Shown: in pieces, positions 31,424 to 41,924 of the stretch
Layout: each line of letters begins with the position of its first letter
How positions within the stretch are numbered: the stretch's first letter is position 1
NCBI GenBank assembly: GCA_965218295.1
Contig: CBDCKN010000013.1
Span: 160,001 to 224,000 of the forward strand
Length of the DNA: 64,000 nucleotides
Direction of reading: 5' to 3'
Source: Longimicrobiales bacterium
GTDB lineage: Bacteria; Gemmatimonadota; Gemmatimonadetes; Longimicrobiales; Gaopeijiaceae
The notes under the pieces: generated by a model
The model's input: only the letters and a program-made list of their open reading frames with translations
What the model was told of the DNA's origin: nothing
The model's database searches: none
Made by a program: the position numbers and the translations under genes

Positions 31424-32491
31424 CTAAGACCAGCTAGCAGCGCACGGTAAACCAATATAGGCAGCTTGCGAAACCTCCGCGCTCCCGCGCGCCGATCCCG
31501 GCGGCCCCGTGGGGCCGGTGATGCTCGGAACCGTGCCGCCCTTGCCTAACCGACCCGGTTGGGGCCCGCGCGGCCCAACCGGGCAGCAACGCCACTTGTT
31601 CGAGCATCGCCCGCGTCTTCTTCCCGACCGCAGGCGTTTGCTCCGCGCATATTCCCCGGGTAAGCCCGGTCAGTTCCCTCGACAGCCTGCGCTGGCTCGA
31701 CGGCCCGGTGGAAGCGGATGAGACCTAAAGTGGCGGACTTGGCCGGAACAACCACGAGAGCAAGAAGCTCCCGGCCTGGCCGGGGCCGATGCGGAAGACG
31801 ACGGCGGTCGGAGCGAAGGTGGGGAGACCAAGCAGGCGGAGGCGCGGGGCATCGAGCAGGGGTGGCCAGGCCATGAGCGCCTTCGGGACGACCACGCCCG
31901 CAGACGGCGCGATGGTCTACACGGACTGTTCCAGTGCCGTGTCGGGGCCGGGAGAACCACGAGGTGGCCACTCACAGCGTGGGCGGGTACGTCCGGGGAA
32001 CCGTTCGACCTGGGCCTATAGTCCTCCATTTTGGAACGGGTCCCGACCACCGTCCCCTTTCCATTCGCGCCGGAGACGTTTCGCAATGCGGCACCAAGTT
32101 GTTTCTCTACCAGCGCTTTCCTGCCTGTGTGCGGTCATGCCGTCGTGTTGCTTGTCGCCTGCGGCGACGACGCCAGCAAGCCGCCCAACCGGGCTCCGGT
32201 GGCTGTCGGCACCCCACCGGTACTGGAGATCATCGCCGAGCAGGCAGTCACCGTCGTCGATCATCAACTACAGGCTCTTGGTCTACGAGACCGTACGGGA
32301 CCGCTTCCCAGGTCTGCGTGGCGGTCAGCCCGTTCGGATCGGTCGCCGTGATGGTTTGCTGACGGGCATGGATGGGATCCGTGTTGCAAGTTGTGCGGGG
32401 GGTGAGTGAAGGTAGGGACGTCGGTTGCTAGCCCGTTTCGGTGCGGGTTGCCAAAGGAGGAGGCAGGCGTGAAGACCGGAGACAGAGGAGC

Positions 32492-34084
32492 ATGAGCGAC
32501 GGGCGGCAACGGCGGGCCAAGGCGAAGGACGGGTTGTGGAAGGGGCTGAATCCCACGATGGCGCTGGCAGCCAAGAGCTTCGTCCTGGCATTCGTCCTCT
32601 TCGCCGTCCGCGACGTGGAGGCTGCAGGCGCCGCGTTCGAGCGCATCCGCTCTTGGATTGAGGGAACGCTGGACTGGTATTATGTCTCAGTGGTCTGCGC
32701 CTGTCTCTTTGCCTGCTTGTTCCTGCCGTGCAGCCGGTTCGGAAGGATCCGGCTTGGCGACGACGCTTCCGAGCCGGAGTTCCGCACGTCCTCCTGGTTC
32801 GCCATGCTGTTTTCGGCAGGTGTGGGGATCGGGTTGCTCTTCTTCTCCATCGCCGAACCGATCTTCTACTTCGACAACAGCCAGAGCGCGGGTTACCCGA
32901 ACAACCCCCTGGCCGACCTCGCCGGCGCCGTGTCGCTGGACGAGGCGCGTGCCGTGCACGCTATGCGCGTGGTTTACTTCCACTGGGGCATGCACGGCTG
33001 GGCCGTCTACGCCCTGGTCGGGCTGTGCCTGGCCTACTTCGGATTCCGCAAGAAGCTGCCGCTGACGTTGCGCTCTGCTCTGTATCCGCTCATCGGCGAC
33101 CGAATCTACGGCCCCATCGGCGACATCGTGGACCTGCTGGCGGTATTCGGCACGGTCTTCGGCATCGCGACCACGCTGGGGCTCGGGGCCAGCCAGATGG
33201 CCACCGGACTCGACATCCTGCTCGGCGTCGATCCGGGGCTCGTCACGCAGGTCGCGCTGATCGCGGCAATCTCGGTCGCGGCCACTCTGTCGGCCGTATC
33301 GGGCGTGAGCCGCGGGATCCGCATCCTGTCGGAGTGGAACATCGGCCTGAGCGTTATCCTGTTGGGCTCCTTTCTCTTCCTCGGTCCCGGCACGTGGCTC
33401 GTGGGCTTTCTTGCAACCTCCATCGGCGAATACCTATGGCATGCGCTGCCCATGGGTTTCTGGATCGCTGATGATCCGGGGCAAGCTGTTTGGCAGAATC
33501 GCTGGACCATCTTCTACTGGGGATGGTGGATCTCCTGGGCGCCCTTCGTCGGCATGTTCATCGCCCGCATCTCGCGCGGGCGCACGCTGCGCGAATTCAT
33601 GCTGGGCGTGCTGGTTGTCCCGACTGCCCTGGGGCTGCTGTGGATCGGGGTTTTCGGTGGCAACGCCATCTACCTGGAGCTCAACGCGGCGGGCGGCGTC
33701 GGAACCGCCGGGATCATCGAGCTGGTGCGGGACGCGCACTACGAGGCCGCGCTCTACGGGACCATCGACAGGTTGAGCGACATCGGCTGGCTGACGTGGG
33801 CCATGTCCGCCCTGGCTACCCTTCTGCTGGGGACGTGGTTCATTACGTCCTCGGACTCCGGCACGCTGGTCATAACAACCCTGCTGAGCATGGGCGACCC
33901 CCACCCACCCCAGCGTTTCCGCATCGTCTGGGGACTCGGCATAGGAGTGGTGGCCGCCGTGCTGCTGCTCGCCGACGGCCTCCAGGCCTTGCAGACCGCC
34001 GCCATGGCCGCCGCCCTGCCGGTGAGCATCGTGCTGTTGCTTATGATCGCTGGGCTGATGAAGTCCCTGGCGCAGGATCCGTAG
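32492..34084 (+). CDS. BCCT family betaine/choline/carnitine transporter
   Basis: WFAMLFSAG, FHWGMHGW, WTIFYWGWWISWAPFVGMFIARISRGRT. Confidence 0.92.
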   Translation: MSDGRQRRAKAKDGLWKGLNPTMALAAKSFVLAFVLFAVRDVEAAGAAFERIRSWIEGTLDWYYVSVVCACLFACLFLPCSRFGRIRLGDDASEPEFRTSSWFAMLFSAGVGIGLLFFSIAEPIFYFDNSQSAGYPNNPLADLAGAVSLDEARAVHAMRVVYFHWGMHGWAVYALVGLCLAYFGFRKKLPLTLRSALYPLIGDRIYGPIGDIVDLLAVFGTVFGIATTLGLGASQMATGLDILLGVDPGLVTQVALIAAISVAATLSAVSGVSRGIRILSEWNIGLSVILLGSFLFLGPGTWLVGFLATSIGEYLWHALPMGFWIADDPGQAVWQNRWTIFYWGWWISWAPFVGMFIARISRGRTLREFMLGVLVVPTALGLLWIGVFGGNAIYLELNAAGGVGTAGIIELVRDAHYEAALYGTIDRLSDIGWLTWAMSALATLLLGTWFITSSDSGTLVITTLLSMGDPHPPQRFRIVWGLGIGVVAAVLLLADGLQALQTAAMAAALPVSIVLLLMIAGLMKSLAQDP

Positions 34085-34510
34085 TGATACGAAGGTGGCG
34101 AACTGCACCGTCTCCTTCCCACGCCTGACCTCGAGATCGGGTCCGTTGCTGTGGCATGAGGTCATCACCCCGATCTACCACACGATGGCTTCCACAGCCC
34201 GATCGGTGCATCAGCGTGTGCGCTGGGTGTTGTAATGGGCGGTCGCGATGAAGCTCCGTACCGACAACCCACAATCGACGCCCGCCGGATACAGGTTATT
34301 AACCTGACCGGATCTTTCGTCGTCAGCCACTGAAGCTGAACTCGGTCAGGGCCGGTTGAGGGCTATGCTGAGCGTAGCGTGCGGGTCTCCGAATAGGGTA
34401 TCTCGGCTGTGTAGACCACGGGCGGTCCGCGACCGACAACCGACATCCGGCTGCTTGCGCCGCCTTCCCGTCCAGGGATTCCGGGCGTGATGGACGCGAC
34501 CGCGGGAGGC

Positions 34511-34640
34511 CAGTTACGGTGTGAGAGCCAGCCTACCCAATGTTTAACATTGCGGTTTGGCCAAGGGGACGCTGCGCCCCCCTTTGAACCCCCAACTTCC
34601 CGCGCGGCGCTGCCCGAGCAGCGCGCTGGCGGGGTGCGCT
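34511..34640 (+). repeat. oriT-like element copy B (diverged, left arm missing)
   Basis: AGCCAGCCTACCC at 34526, GCTGCGCCCC..GAACCCCCAAC. Confidence 0.5.
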
Positions 34641-34865
34641 GCACCGTCGCCGCCGCCACCGGCGTGATTCCCGACCGGGCTCACCGACCGTCGGGCCAAG
34701 GTCGTGGCCGCCGTGCGTCGCCGCCCCAGGCCAGGGCTCCGCACGGGGACGCGGACCCGCCCCGGCGGCGGGGCAGTCCATCCCGAGGAGTCATCGCCGC
34801 GTCGGGCAGCCCGCTACCGTTGATCCTCAAGTCCGCGGCTCGCGGTCAGGGGGGCGAACGAACCT

Positions 34866-34880
34866 TTACGGAGTCCGTAA
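34866..34880 (+). promoter_or_regulatory. Putative HigA operator palindrome TTACGGA-G-TCCGTAA
   Basis: Perfect 7-1-7 IR just upstream of higB. Confidence 0.6.
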
Positions 34881-34901
34881 CAGGGCGTACATTCGGAGCA
34901 C

Positions 34902-35178
34902 ATGATACGAAGCTTTAAGGACCGGAGAACGAGACGTTTCTTCGAGGGGCGGCGTGTCGCGGCGTTTCACGGCTTTTCCGATCAGGCGGTGCGCCGGCTG
35001 ACCCTGCTGGACAGCGCGGAAACGCTCGGCGACCTGGCCGCGCTGCCGAGCAACCGGCTGGAAGCGCTTCGGCAGCCGCGCCGGTCAGCACAGCATTCGG
35101 ATCAACGCGCAGTGGCGTATCTGCTTTCGTTGGACCGACGACGGGCCGAGCGATGTCGAGATTGTGGATTATCACTGA
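34902..35178 (+). pseudogene. higB: HigB toxin, frameshifted near 35070
   Basis: MIRSFKD..PSNRLEAL in one frame, GQHSIRINAQWRICFRW..VEIVDYH* in another. Confidence 0.8.
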
Positions 35179-35189
35179 GGAGGCATGAC

Positions 35190-35495
35190 ATGAACGCGAA
35201 GAACGGGATGAGGCCGGTGCATCCGGGTGAAGTCCTGCGCGAGGAACTCGACGAGCTCGGGCTGTCGGCCAATGCGCTGTCGAAAGCGCTTGGCGTGCCG
35301 GTCAACCGGGTGACGATGATTCTCAACGGCCAGCGGGGCGTGAGCGCCGATACGGCGTTGCGGCTGGCCACCTATTTCGGGACGACTCCGCAACTCTGGT
35401 TGAATCTGCAGAAGACTTGGGAGCTTCGCCGAACGGAGATCGAGGCGGGTCGCGAGATCGCCGAGCAAGTCACGCCTCGGCACGCTGTGGTGTAG
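35190..35495 (+). CDS. higA: HigA antitoxin
   Basis: HPGEVLREE, ADTALRLATYFGTTPQLWLNLQ. Confidence 0.9.
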   Translation: MNAKNGMRPVHPGEVLREELDELGLSANALSKALGVPVNRVTMILNGQRGVSADTALRLATYFGTTPQLWLNLQKTWELRRTEIEAGREIAEQVTPRHAVV

Positions 35496-35685
35496 AGGAG
35501 GCGACCCACGCCGTCCCCGAGCTGCTGGCACCTATGGGGCAGGAGACGATGGCTCCGCGATGCCGGATCGCCATGGACGCCGGTGGCGGTCGCTGGATGC
35601 GGGTACGATTATGGGGCAACTCTGGGGGCATTATCTGATGCGTCCAAGCCAATTAGCCAATGGACACAATGACTTACGGACGCTT

Positions 35686-36035
35686 ATGACAGGTTGCCGT
35701 TCGTGGTCAGCGCATCGAACGAGCCCTGGGCGCTCTCGACGGTCGAGGCGAGCGAGGCCGCGGCGTCCATCATCGCGTAGTCGAGCACGCGCTGGCGGTC
35801 GGCGGTCTCCTTGGCCTGGCGGTAGTCCTCAACCGCGCGCGACGACGCCTCGGGCGGGCGGTTACGGTAGAGATCGAGGATGTCCGCCTCGCTGACCTGG
35901 TCGGCCACACCCTGCGCGCTCCGCCAGACATCGGTGAACGAGCTGCCGCTCCCCATGTCACGGACCGCGTCGACCAGCTCGCCGGCCGCGCCGCTGAACT
36001 CGGAGCCCCAGTCGAGGCCGTCGCCGACTAGGCCG
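35686..36035 (-). pseudogene. Internal fragment of a TrbJ/VirB5-like paralogue
   Basis: Highly similar to 21050-21400, truncated at both ends. Confidence 0.8.
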
Positions 36036-36142
36036 ATCGGAAGGGGCACGTCCGGGTGTCGATCCGGCGTAGAGTCTGGATCAGGTTGTTCCCCTCAAGC
36101 AAGGACGTGGGCGATGATTGGAACCTGCGGGGATCTTAACCA

Positions 36143-36595
36143 ATGGTCATCGTAGGACAAGTTGAGTCGCGAAGTTCATCCGCATCTTCCCGGGACGGCC
36201 CACCCGGTGAATCGGAGATCCACCGACTCAACCCGCAGCGTGAACTGAAAATACGGAAGGCGATGGATTGGGATTCCTTGGAACCGGGAAGTCTCAATCT
36301 CCGTGTCGACGGTAATGCGGTAGCAAGCCTTGCGGAACTGGAGGCGCTCATTTGCGAGCGTCCTGATGAAATCGACTATCCGGAGGAATACGAGCATATT
36401 TCCAAATATCGTGGGGGTTACAAGTACTATTCCGCTACCGCAACTGTAGGTCACGAAACCGAAAAAATTCTTGTTCGGAGGGCTGCTGTTAAGCCAGTGC
36501 CACGGCGCATTGAGCTATTTGCCGCAGTTAATTTGCGGTGTCGTTTCCAATTAGAGGATGGCGACGACGTTCGTTTTACAGAGATAGGTTCGTGA
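36143..36595 (+). CDS. CTP-dependent riboflavin kinase-like (DUF120-like) protein
   Basis: PGSLNL and IELFAAVNLR..FQLEDGDDV motifs; lower GC. Confidence 0.5.
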   Translation: MVIVGQVESRSSSASSRDGPPGESEIHRLNPQRELKIRKAMDWDSLEPGSLNLRVDGNAVASLAELEALICERPDEIDYPEEYEHISKYRGGYKYYSATATVGHETEKILVRRAAVKPVPRRIELFAAVNLRCRFQLEDGDDVRFTEIGS

Positions 36596-36764
36596 GAGGC
36601 CCCGCTAGGGTCTCCGGTCTAGGTCACTCCACCGGGGAGGTTGGCCGGGGGGCATGTTGGGGGGCTCGCTCCTATTGGTCACTCCTGGCCTCAAAATCCC
36701 TTGCGGAAGGGCACCTGGGCCGCCGATGGAGAGCACAGCGTATTGCCGGATCGGGACGACCTCC

Positions 36765-36905
36765 TAGTCGGCCAGATAGGCAACCCAATCGTTCATGAGC
36801 CGACGCCGGCGCTCGAACAGGTCTGTGCGCCGATAGGCTGCCTCGACCCTGTCTTGGACCACATGCGCCAAGGCCGCCTCGATGACCTCGCGGGGATGAT
36901 CCGTC
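36765..36905 (-). pseudogene. Integrase C-terminal remnant
   Basis: PREVIEAALAHVVQDRVEAAYRRTDLFERRR..DW. Confidence 0.75.
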
Positions 36906-37067
36906 TCCTGCGTATGGGTTCCGATACGTTCCATAAACGTCCAATGAGAATCTATAACAAGAATAATGACAGTGATTTATAGAATATCCTAAGGGTTGCG
37001 AGGTCCCACTGCGTCCGCTAGATTCCCGTACATAACATACGATGTTTTATACGGGGACTACTACGAC

Positions 37068-38273
37068 GTGGATTTGCCCAAACACCGAGGTAGGCGCCCG
37101 CACAACGCACTCAGCGCGGCCTTCGTGCGCACTGCGAAACCCGGCTACTACTGTGACGGCAACGGCCTCTATCTGCGTGTGGACCGCTCCGGCGCGCGTC
37201 GATGGGAGCAGCGTCTGCGGATCCAGGGTCGAAACCGCACGCTGGGGCTGGGGGGCTGCCAGCTGGTATCGCTGGCCGAGGCGCGCGAGAAGGCGTTCAC
37301 GAACCGCAAGATTGCGCGCTCGGGCGGTGATCCGCGGACCGAGCGGCACAAGGTCCGGGACATACCCACGTTCGCCGAGGCGGCCGCCCGCGTTCTGGAA
37401 CAGAAGCGGCCCGGCTGGCGCAGCGGCAAGCATCCGGAGGACTGGATCTCCAGCCTGCGTGCCTATGCGTTCCCGGAACTCGGCCATCGGCCGGTCGGCG
37501 AGATAACGACAGCCGACATTCTGGCAGTTCTGACGCCGATCTGGCACGGCAAGCACGTGACCGCCCGACGGGTGCGCCAGCGCATCGGGGCGGTGATGAA
37601 GTGGGCGGTGGCGATGGGACTTCGACCGGACAACCCCGCCGGCGACGTGCTCGATCAAGCGCTTGGCCGGCATCGGGTTGTCGTCCGACACATGAGAGCA
37701 TTGCCTCACTCGGAGGTCGCGGGCGCGATCGAGGCGGTGCGGACTTCGGCGGCGAGCGTCGCGACCAGGCTCGCCTTCGAGTTCATGGTGCTGACGGCGT
37801 GCCGTTCCGGCGAGGTTCGCTTGGCGGGCTGGGATGAAATCGATCTCGAGGCGGGCGAGTGGACCATCCCCGGCGAGCGAATGAAGGCCCAGCGCCCGCA
37901 CAGGGTGCCGCTGTCCGGGCGCGCCGTGGAGATACTGGGCGAGGCGCGGACGCTCGGGGACGGCGGCGGTCTGGTCTTCCCGTCGTCGGAGGGCCGTCCA
38001 TTGTCCGGCAGCACCCTCTCCACCCTGCTTCGGGGACTGCGTATCGCGGCCGTGCCGCACGGCTTCCGGTCCAGCTTCAGGGATTGGTGCGGCGAGTGCT
38101 TCACCGCCCCCCGTGAAGTCGCCGAGGCCGCGTTGGCCCACGTGGTCCGCGACAAGGTGGAAGCGGCCTATGCGCGTTCGGACCTGTTCGAGCGCAGGCG
38201 CGTCCTGATGGACAATTGGGCTGCGTATCTGGCGGGCGAGCGTCTGGACCCGGAGGCCGAACCGGCTCGCTGA
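37068..38273 (+). CDS. P4-like tyrosine integrase
   Basis: DGNGLYL, CRSGE, HGFRSSFRDW, LAH, AAYARSD; start uncertain. Confidence 0.92.
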   Translation: MDLPKHRGRRPHNALSAAFVRTAKPGYYCDGNGLYLRVDRSGARRWEQRLRIQGRNRTLGLGGCQLVSLAEAREKAFTNRKIARSGGDPRTERHKVRDIPTFAEAAARVLEQKRPGWRSGKHPEDWISSLRAYAFPELGHRPVGEITTADILAVLTPIWHGKHVTARRVRQRIGAVMKWAVAMGLRPDNPAGDVLDQALGRHRVVVRHMRALPHSEVAGAIEAVRTSAASVATRLAFEFMVLTACRSGEVRLAGWDEIDLEAGEWTIPGERMKAQRPHRVPLSGRAVEILGEARTLGDGGGLVFPSSEGRPLSGSTLSTLLRGLRIAAVPHGFRSSFRDWCGECFTAPREVAEAALAHVVRDKVEAAYARSDLFERRRVLMDNWAAYLAGERLDPEAEPAR

Positions 38274-38351
38274 TCCGCCGCGCTCGCAGTGTCGGCGGAC
38301 GAGTCCGTCAGGCGCTGAAGAGCAGGGGCGCGAAGGCTGGCTCACGACCCG

Positions 38352-38643
38352 TATGTGGACGCCCCCCGGGTTGGCAAGCCTGACTTCGAACCGAGGTTGG
38401 TGGCAATCAGGTCCGGTACTGTCGTATGTCCGGCCTCTTGATGCAGCCCTCGTTGGCTGCGGGCCCGTATGGTGTTCGTGAGATCGGATCCAAATCGTTA
38501 GGTCGGGCTCGGTGGCCCTTCGGGTCATCCTGGTGTTTCCGATCCCGTCTTCCAGACCGTTTGCCCTTACTCGTTCTTGCGTCCTGCTGCCCACATCTCC
38601 CAGCAGCTTTCTCTGTTTGCGCTTCTCTCCTTTCATTGGCCGG
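38352..38643 (-). ncRNA. Putative bridge/seek RNA in the IS1111-type right end
   Basis: Guide segments match the target and donor junctions (see findings); exact RNA ends unknown. Confidence 0.7.
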
Positions 38644-39666
38644 TCAGGCGGCAGCGCGAACCCGATGGATCTCCTTCTTCGTGGTCAGCGCCCAGACCAT
38701 CCGCGCCGTCCTGTTGGCGAGCGCCACCGCGACCAGCATCTTCGGCTTGCGTGCCAGCATCCTGGCCAGCCACGGATCCGTGATCTCGCCGCGCCGGATC
38801 GCGTTTTGGACGACCGCCATGGCTCCCGTGATCAAGAGCCGCCGGAGATCGCGCTGGCCCATCTTCGATATCCTGCCCAGCCTCGGCTTGCCGCCGGTGG
38901 TGTGCTGCCGCGGCACAAGGCCGAGCCAGGCCGAGAAGTCGCGCCCGCGCCGGAAGCTCTCCATCGGCGGTGCGAAGGCCTGCAGTGCCATCGCGGTGAT
39001 CGGTCCGATTCCGGGGATTGTCATCAGCCGCGCCGTCTCTTCGCGCTCCCGTGCGCTCGCCCGGAGCTTCCTGTCGAATCCATCGATCTTCTCATCGAGC
39101 TCGTCGATCCGCCCGAGCAGCAGCCATCCCAGCTCGACGACCGCCTCCGGCAGGCCGACGTCCCCGTCTTCCAGCACCCAGGCCAGTTGCCCGATCCGGG
39201 CCCTGCCCTGCGGAGCAACAACTCCGAACTCGGCGAGGTGACCCCGAAGGGCATTGATCGTCTGTGTGCGCTGGCGCACCAGCAGGTCACGCGTGCGAAA
39301 GAGCATCCCCTGACCCTGCTGCGCTTCGGTCTTGACCGCCACGAAGCGCATGGTCGGACGCTGTGCGGCTTCCGAGATCGCCTCCGCGTCCGCCGCGTCG
39401 TTCTTCTGCCTCTTGACGAAGGGCTTCACGTAGATCGGGGGAACCAGCTTCACCTCGTGACCGAGGGCCACGATCTCCCGGCCCCAGTAGTGGGCGCCGG
39501 CGCATGCCTCCATCGCCACCGTGCAAGGCGGCTGCGCGGCGAGAAAACTCAGCAGCTTCCCGCGGCTCAGCTTCCTGCGGTACGCTACCGACCCGTTCGC
39601 CTTCGCCCCGTGTACCTGAAAGCTGCGCTTTGCCAGATCGATCCCGATGATGCTAACCTCCTCCAT
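38644..39666 (-). CDS. IS110 DEDD recombinase/transposase
   Basis: GIDLAK, MEAC, KNDAADA, GLVPRQHTTGG. Confidence 0.93.
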   Translation of the reverse strand: MEEVSIIGIDLAKRSFQVHGAKANGSVAYRRKLSRGKLLSFLAAQPPCTVAMEACAGAHYWGREIVALGHEVKLVPPIYVKPFVKRQKNDAADAEAISEAAQRPTMRFVAVKTEAQQGQGMLFRTRDLLVRQRTQTINALRGHLAEFGVVAPQGRARIGQLAWVLEDGDVGLPEAVVELGWLLLGRIDELDEKIDGFDRKLRASAREREETARLMTIPGIGPITAMALQAFAPPMESFRRGRDFSAWLGLVPRQHTTGGKPRLGRISKMGQRDLRRLLITGAMAVVQNAIRRGEITDPWLARMLARKPKMLVAVALANRTARMVWALTTKKEIHRVRAAA

Positions 39667-39754
39667 TGGATGCCTCCTCCCTCAGATGGTCGATATCGCT
39701 CAGTACCATCTTGGCACATTGCGATGCCGCCGGGAGGGGGCGTCCACCCCATCG

Positions 39755-39900
39755 TTAGCAGTCATGAGCCAGCCTACCCCTTGGGGCCACGCTTCGCGGG
39801 TCCCCGGCAGGGGCTGGCGAGGGGTGGCTCCGCTTCCCCTTCGAACCCCCAGCTTCCCGCGCCGCTGCCGGGGCAGCGGTCGCGCGGCCGGTGCGGCCCC
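39755..39900 (+). repeat. oriT-like element copy C (left arm at 38336-38349)
   Basis: GTCATGAGCCAGCCTACCCCTTGGGGCCACGCTTCGCGGGTCCCCGGCAGGGGCTGGCG shared with 53425. Confidence 0.75.
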
Positions 39901-40410
39901 CCGAAACCCGCCGCCGGTGCGCCGATGGCTGACCCACCGCACCGCCATGGTCGCCGCTCGCGCCACGTCGGCCGAGCTCGCCAGCGGGCGGGCCAAGGCC
40001 GTGGCCATCGATAGCCGCATGATTGAGATGGCCGCGATCTTGCTGTTCACCGGGATTGGGACGAAGTCCGCCAACCTGTAAGAGGCCGCGGGCGATATCG
40101 CCGACGTTGGACTGCCGGCGCCCGCACCGCTCGTGCGGCGTGCCCGTCACCGTCAGCCAATTGAAGGCGCGGCTGCGGGTCACCTCGATGTCACGCCGGA
40201 CGGCGAGGAGCCGGCCAAGCGTATGGGCCGAAGCCGGGGAGGCCCCGACCGACCGGCAGCCCGGCCCTCGACGCCTGGCATGAGGGAAGTTCGCTGGGCG
40301 GAAGTGGTGGGATCCGAACCGGCGGTTTAACATTAGTGATGCGCGGCTGTCCACGCCGGTGGATAGACCGTCACCCCACGACACATGACAGAAAAGAAGG
40401 AGTCGGTCTC

Positions 40411-41698
40411 ATGCGAAAGCGCATCGTTTTTTCTGTCGCGGCACTGATCGCCGTTCTTGCGACGCCGGGATGCAAAGAAAGTCCAACCACACCAAGTACA
40501 ACCACACCGCCGGAATTCGAGCCCGGGCCGCTGGGTGCAGTCACTTTGGAGGCAGGCGAGGCCGTGCGGATCCGCATGCTGCTTTCGGTCACGGTCGCGC
40601 CGTCGCTGGGGGCCGTGTCCCGGCACGGGGCCGAGTTCGCCGTCGAGGACATGGGTCCCGTTCACGGGCGCCAGGTCGACCTGGGCGATCCGGTTGACAC
40701 CAGTTGTTCGCTGGAAGGCGGCCGCGAAGGTGCGCTTGGAATCATCGGGGACCCGCAGGTGGCCGGCGTCATCGGAACAAACTGCTCGGCCGCGGCCGTG
40801 GCGGCGTCGCCCGTCATCAGCGACGCGGGCTTGGTCATGATTTCGCCGAGCAACACCTCGCCGCGGCTCACCTCCGACCTGGCCGGCAACGCGAACCCCG
40901 CCTATCACGCCGGTTACTTTCGCGTGTCGTCCAACGACCTCCACCAGGCACGCGCCCTCTCGGACTTCGTCTACAACCAGTCTGGAGCTGCAGAGCGTGG
41001 CCACCGTTCACGACGGCGACCCCTACACGTCCGCCCTCGTGGCGGCGTTCGCCGACGCGTTTTCGGCCCTCGGGGGCAAAGTGCCGGCCCAGGCAGAAAT
41101 CGAGAAGGGTGACACCGACATGACGGAGGTTCTGGAGCAGTTCGCGGTCGCCGGCCCGGACGCCATCTTCTTCCCGCTGTTCGAGACGGAGGGATCCGCC
41201 TTTGCCGCGCAGGCCCTGGCCTTCGACGGGCTTGAAGGGACGACCCTGATTTCAGCGGCCGCGCTGCTGGTCTCCGCGTTCCTGGAAACGCCGCAGTCGG
41301 AGGGGATCTACTTCGCGGGGCCGGAATCGGACTTTCGCTCAAACGTCAACGAGGTGACAGGACGGAGCGGGGAGCAGGTTCTCGCCGCGTTCGAGGCCAG
41401 GCACGGCGGGTTCCCCGGGTCACCCTATTGGGCGCACACCTACGATGCGACCACCATCCTCCTCTCGGCCATTGAGGCCGTTGCCGTGGAGGACGGTGAC
41501 AGGCTGCACATAGACCGGGCGGCACTGCGCGAGCAGGTGGGGGCAACCGCTATGAGCGGCCTGGTCGGGACGCTATCCTGCGACCCGTTCGGCGACTGCG
41601 GCACGGGACGGATGAACATCTACCACCACACGGACAGGAGCGTCACCGACGTTTCCAAGCTGCCGGTGGTCTACGTATACAGCCCCCCGAGCCGGTAG
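40411..41698 (+). pseudogene. Branched-chain amino acid ABC substrate-binding lipoprotein, frameshift ~40985
   Basis: GVIGTNCS, MISPSNTSP, HDGDPY, YDAT across two frames. Confidence 0.8.
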
Positions 41699-41924
41699 GC
41701 GGGCCGGTTTCCGGGGATCGTCCCGGCGATCCGACGGCCACCGGGGCTACGTGGCGGGTTCGAGCGGATGCCGGTGTCCGGTCACCCGGAACTTGAAGTT
41801 CTTGTCGGGGCAGACCTTGGCCAGCGAACTCAGCTTGAGCCGGTAGTTTTCGGGCGCCAGTTCAAGCTCCAGGTGTTCGGGGGTTTTGGGGGGATTCCGC
41901 AACCCGAAGCGTAAAGGGTGATCA

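Larger units (their letters stand above)
38350..39754 (-). mobile_element. IS110 family, IS1111-type element (CG core at both ends)
   Basis: Sub-terminal IRs GTGGACGCCCC 38355-38365 / 39737-39747; interrupts a hairpin that is intact at 53403. Confidence 0.85.

Noticed and set aside
34902..35495. Genuine 197-aa toxin-antitoxin fusion gene
   Set aside because: The normal HigB C-terminus exists in another frame and higA has its own start, so this is a frameshift product
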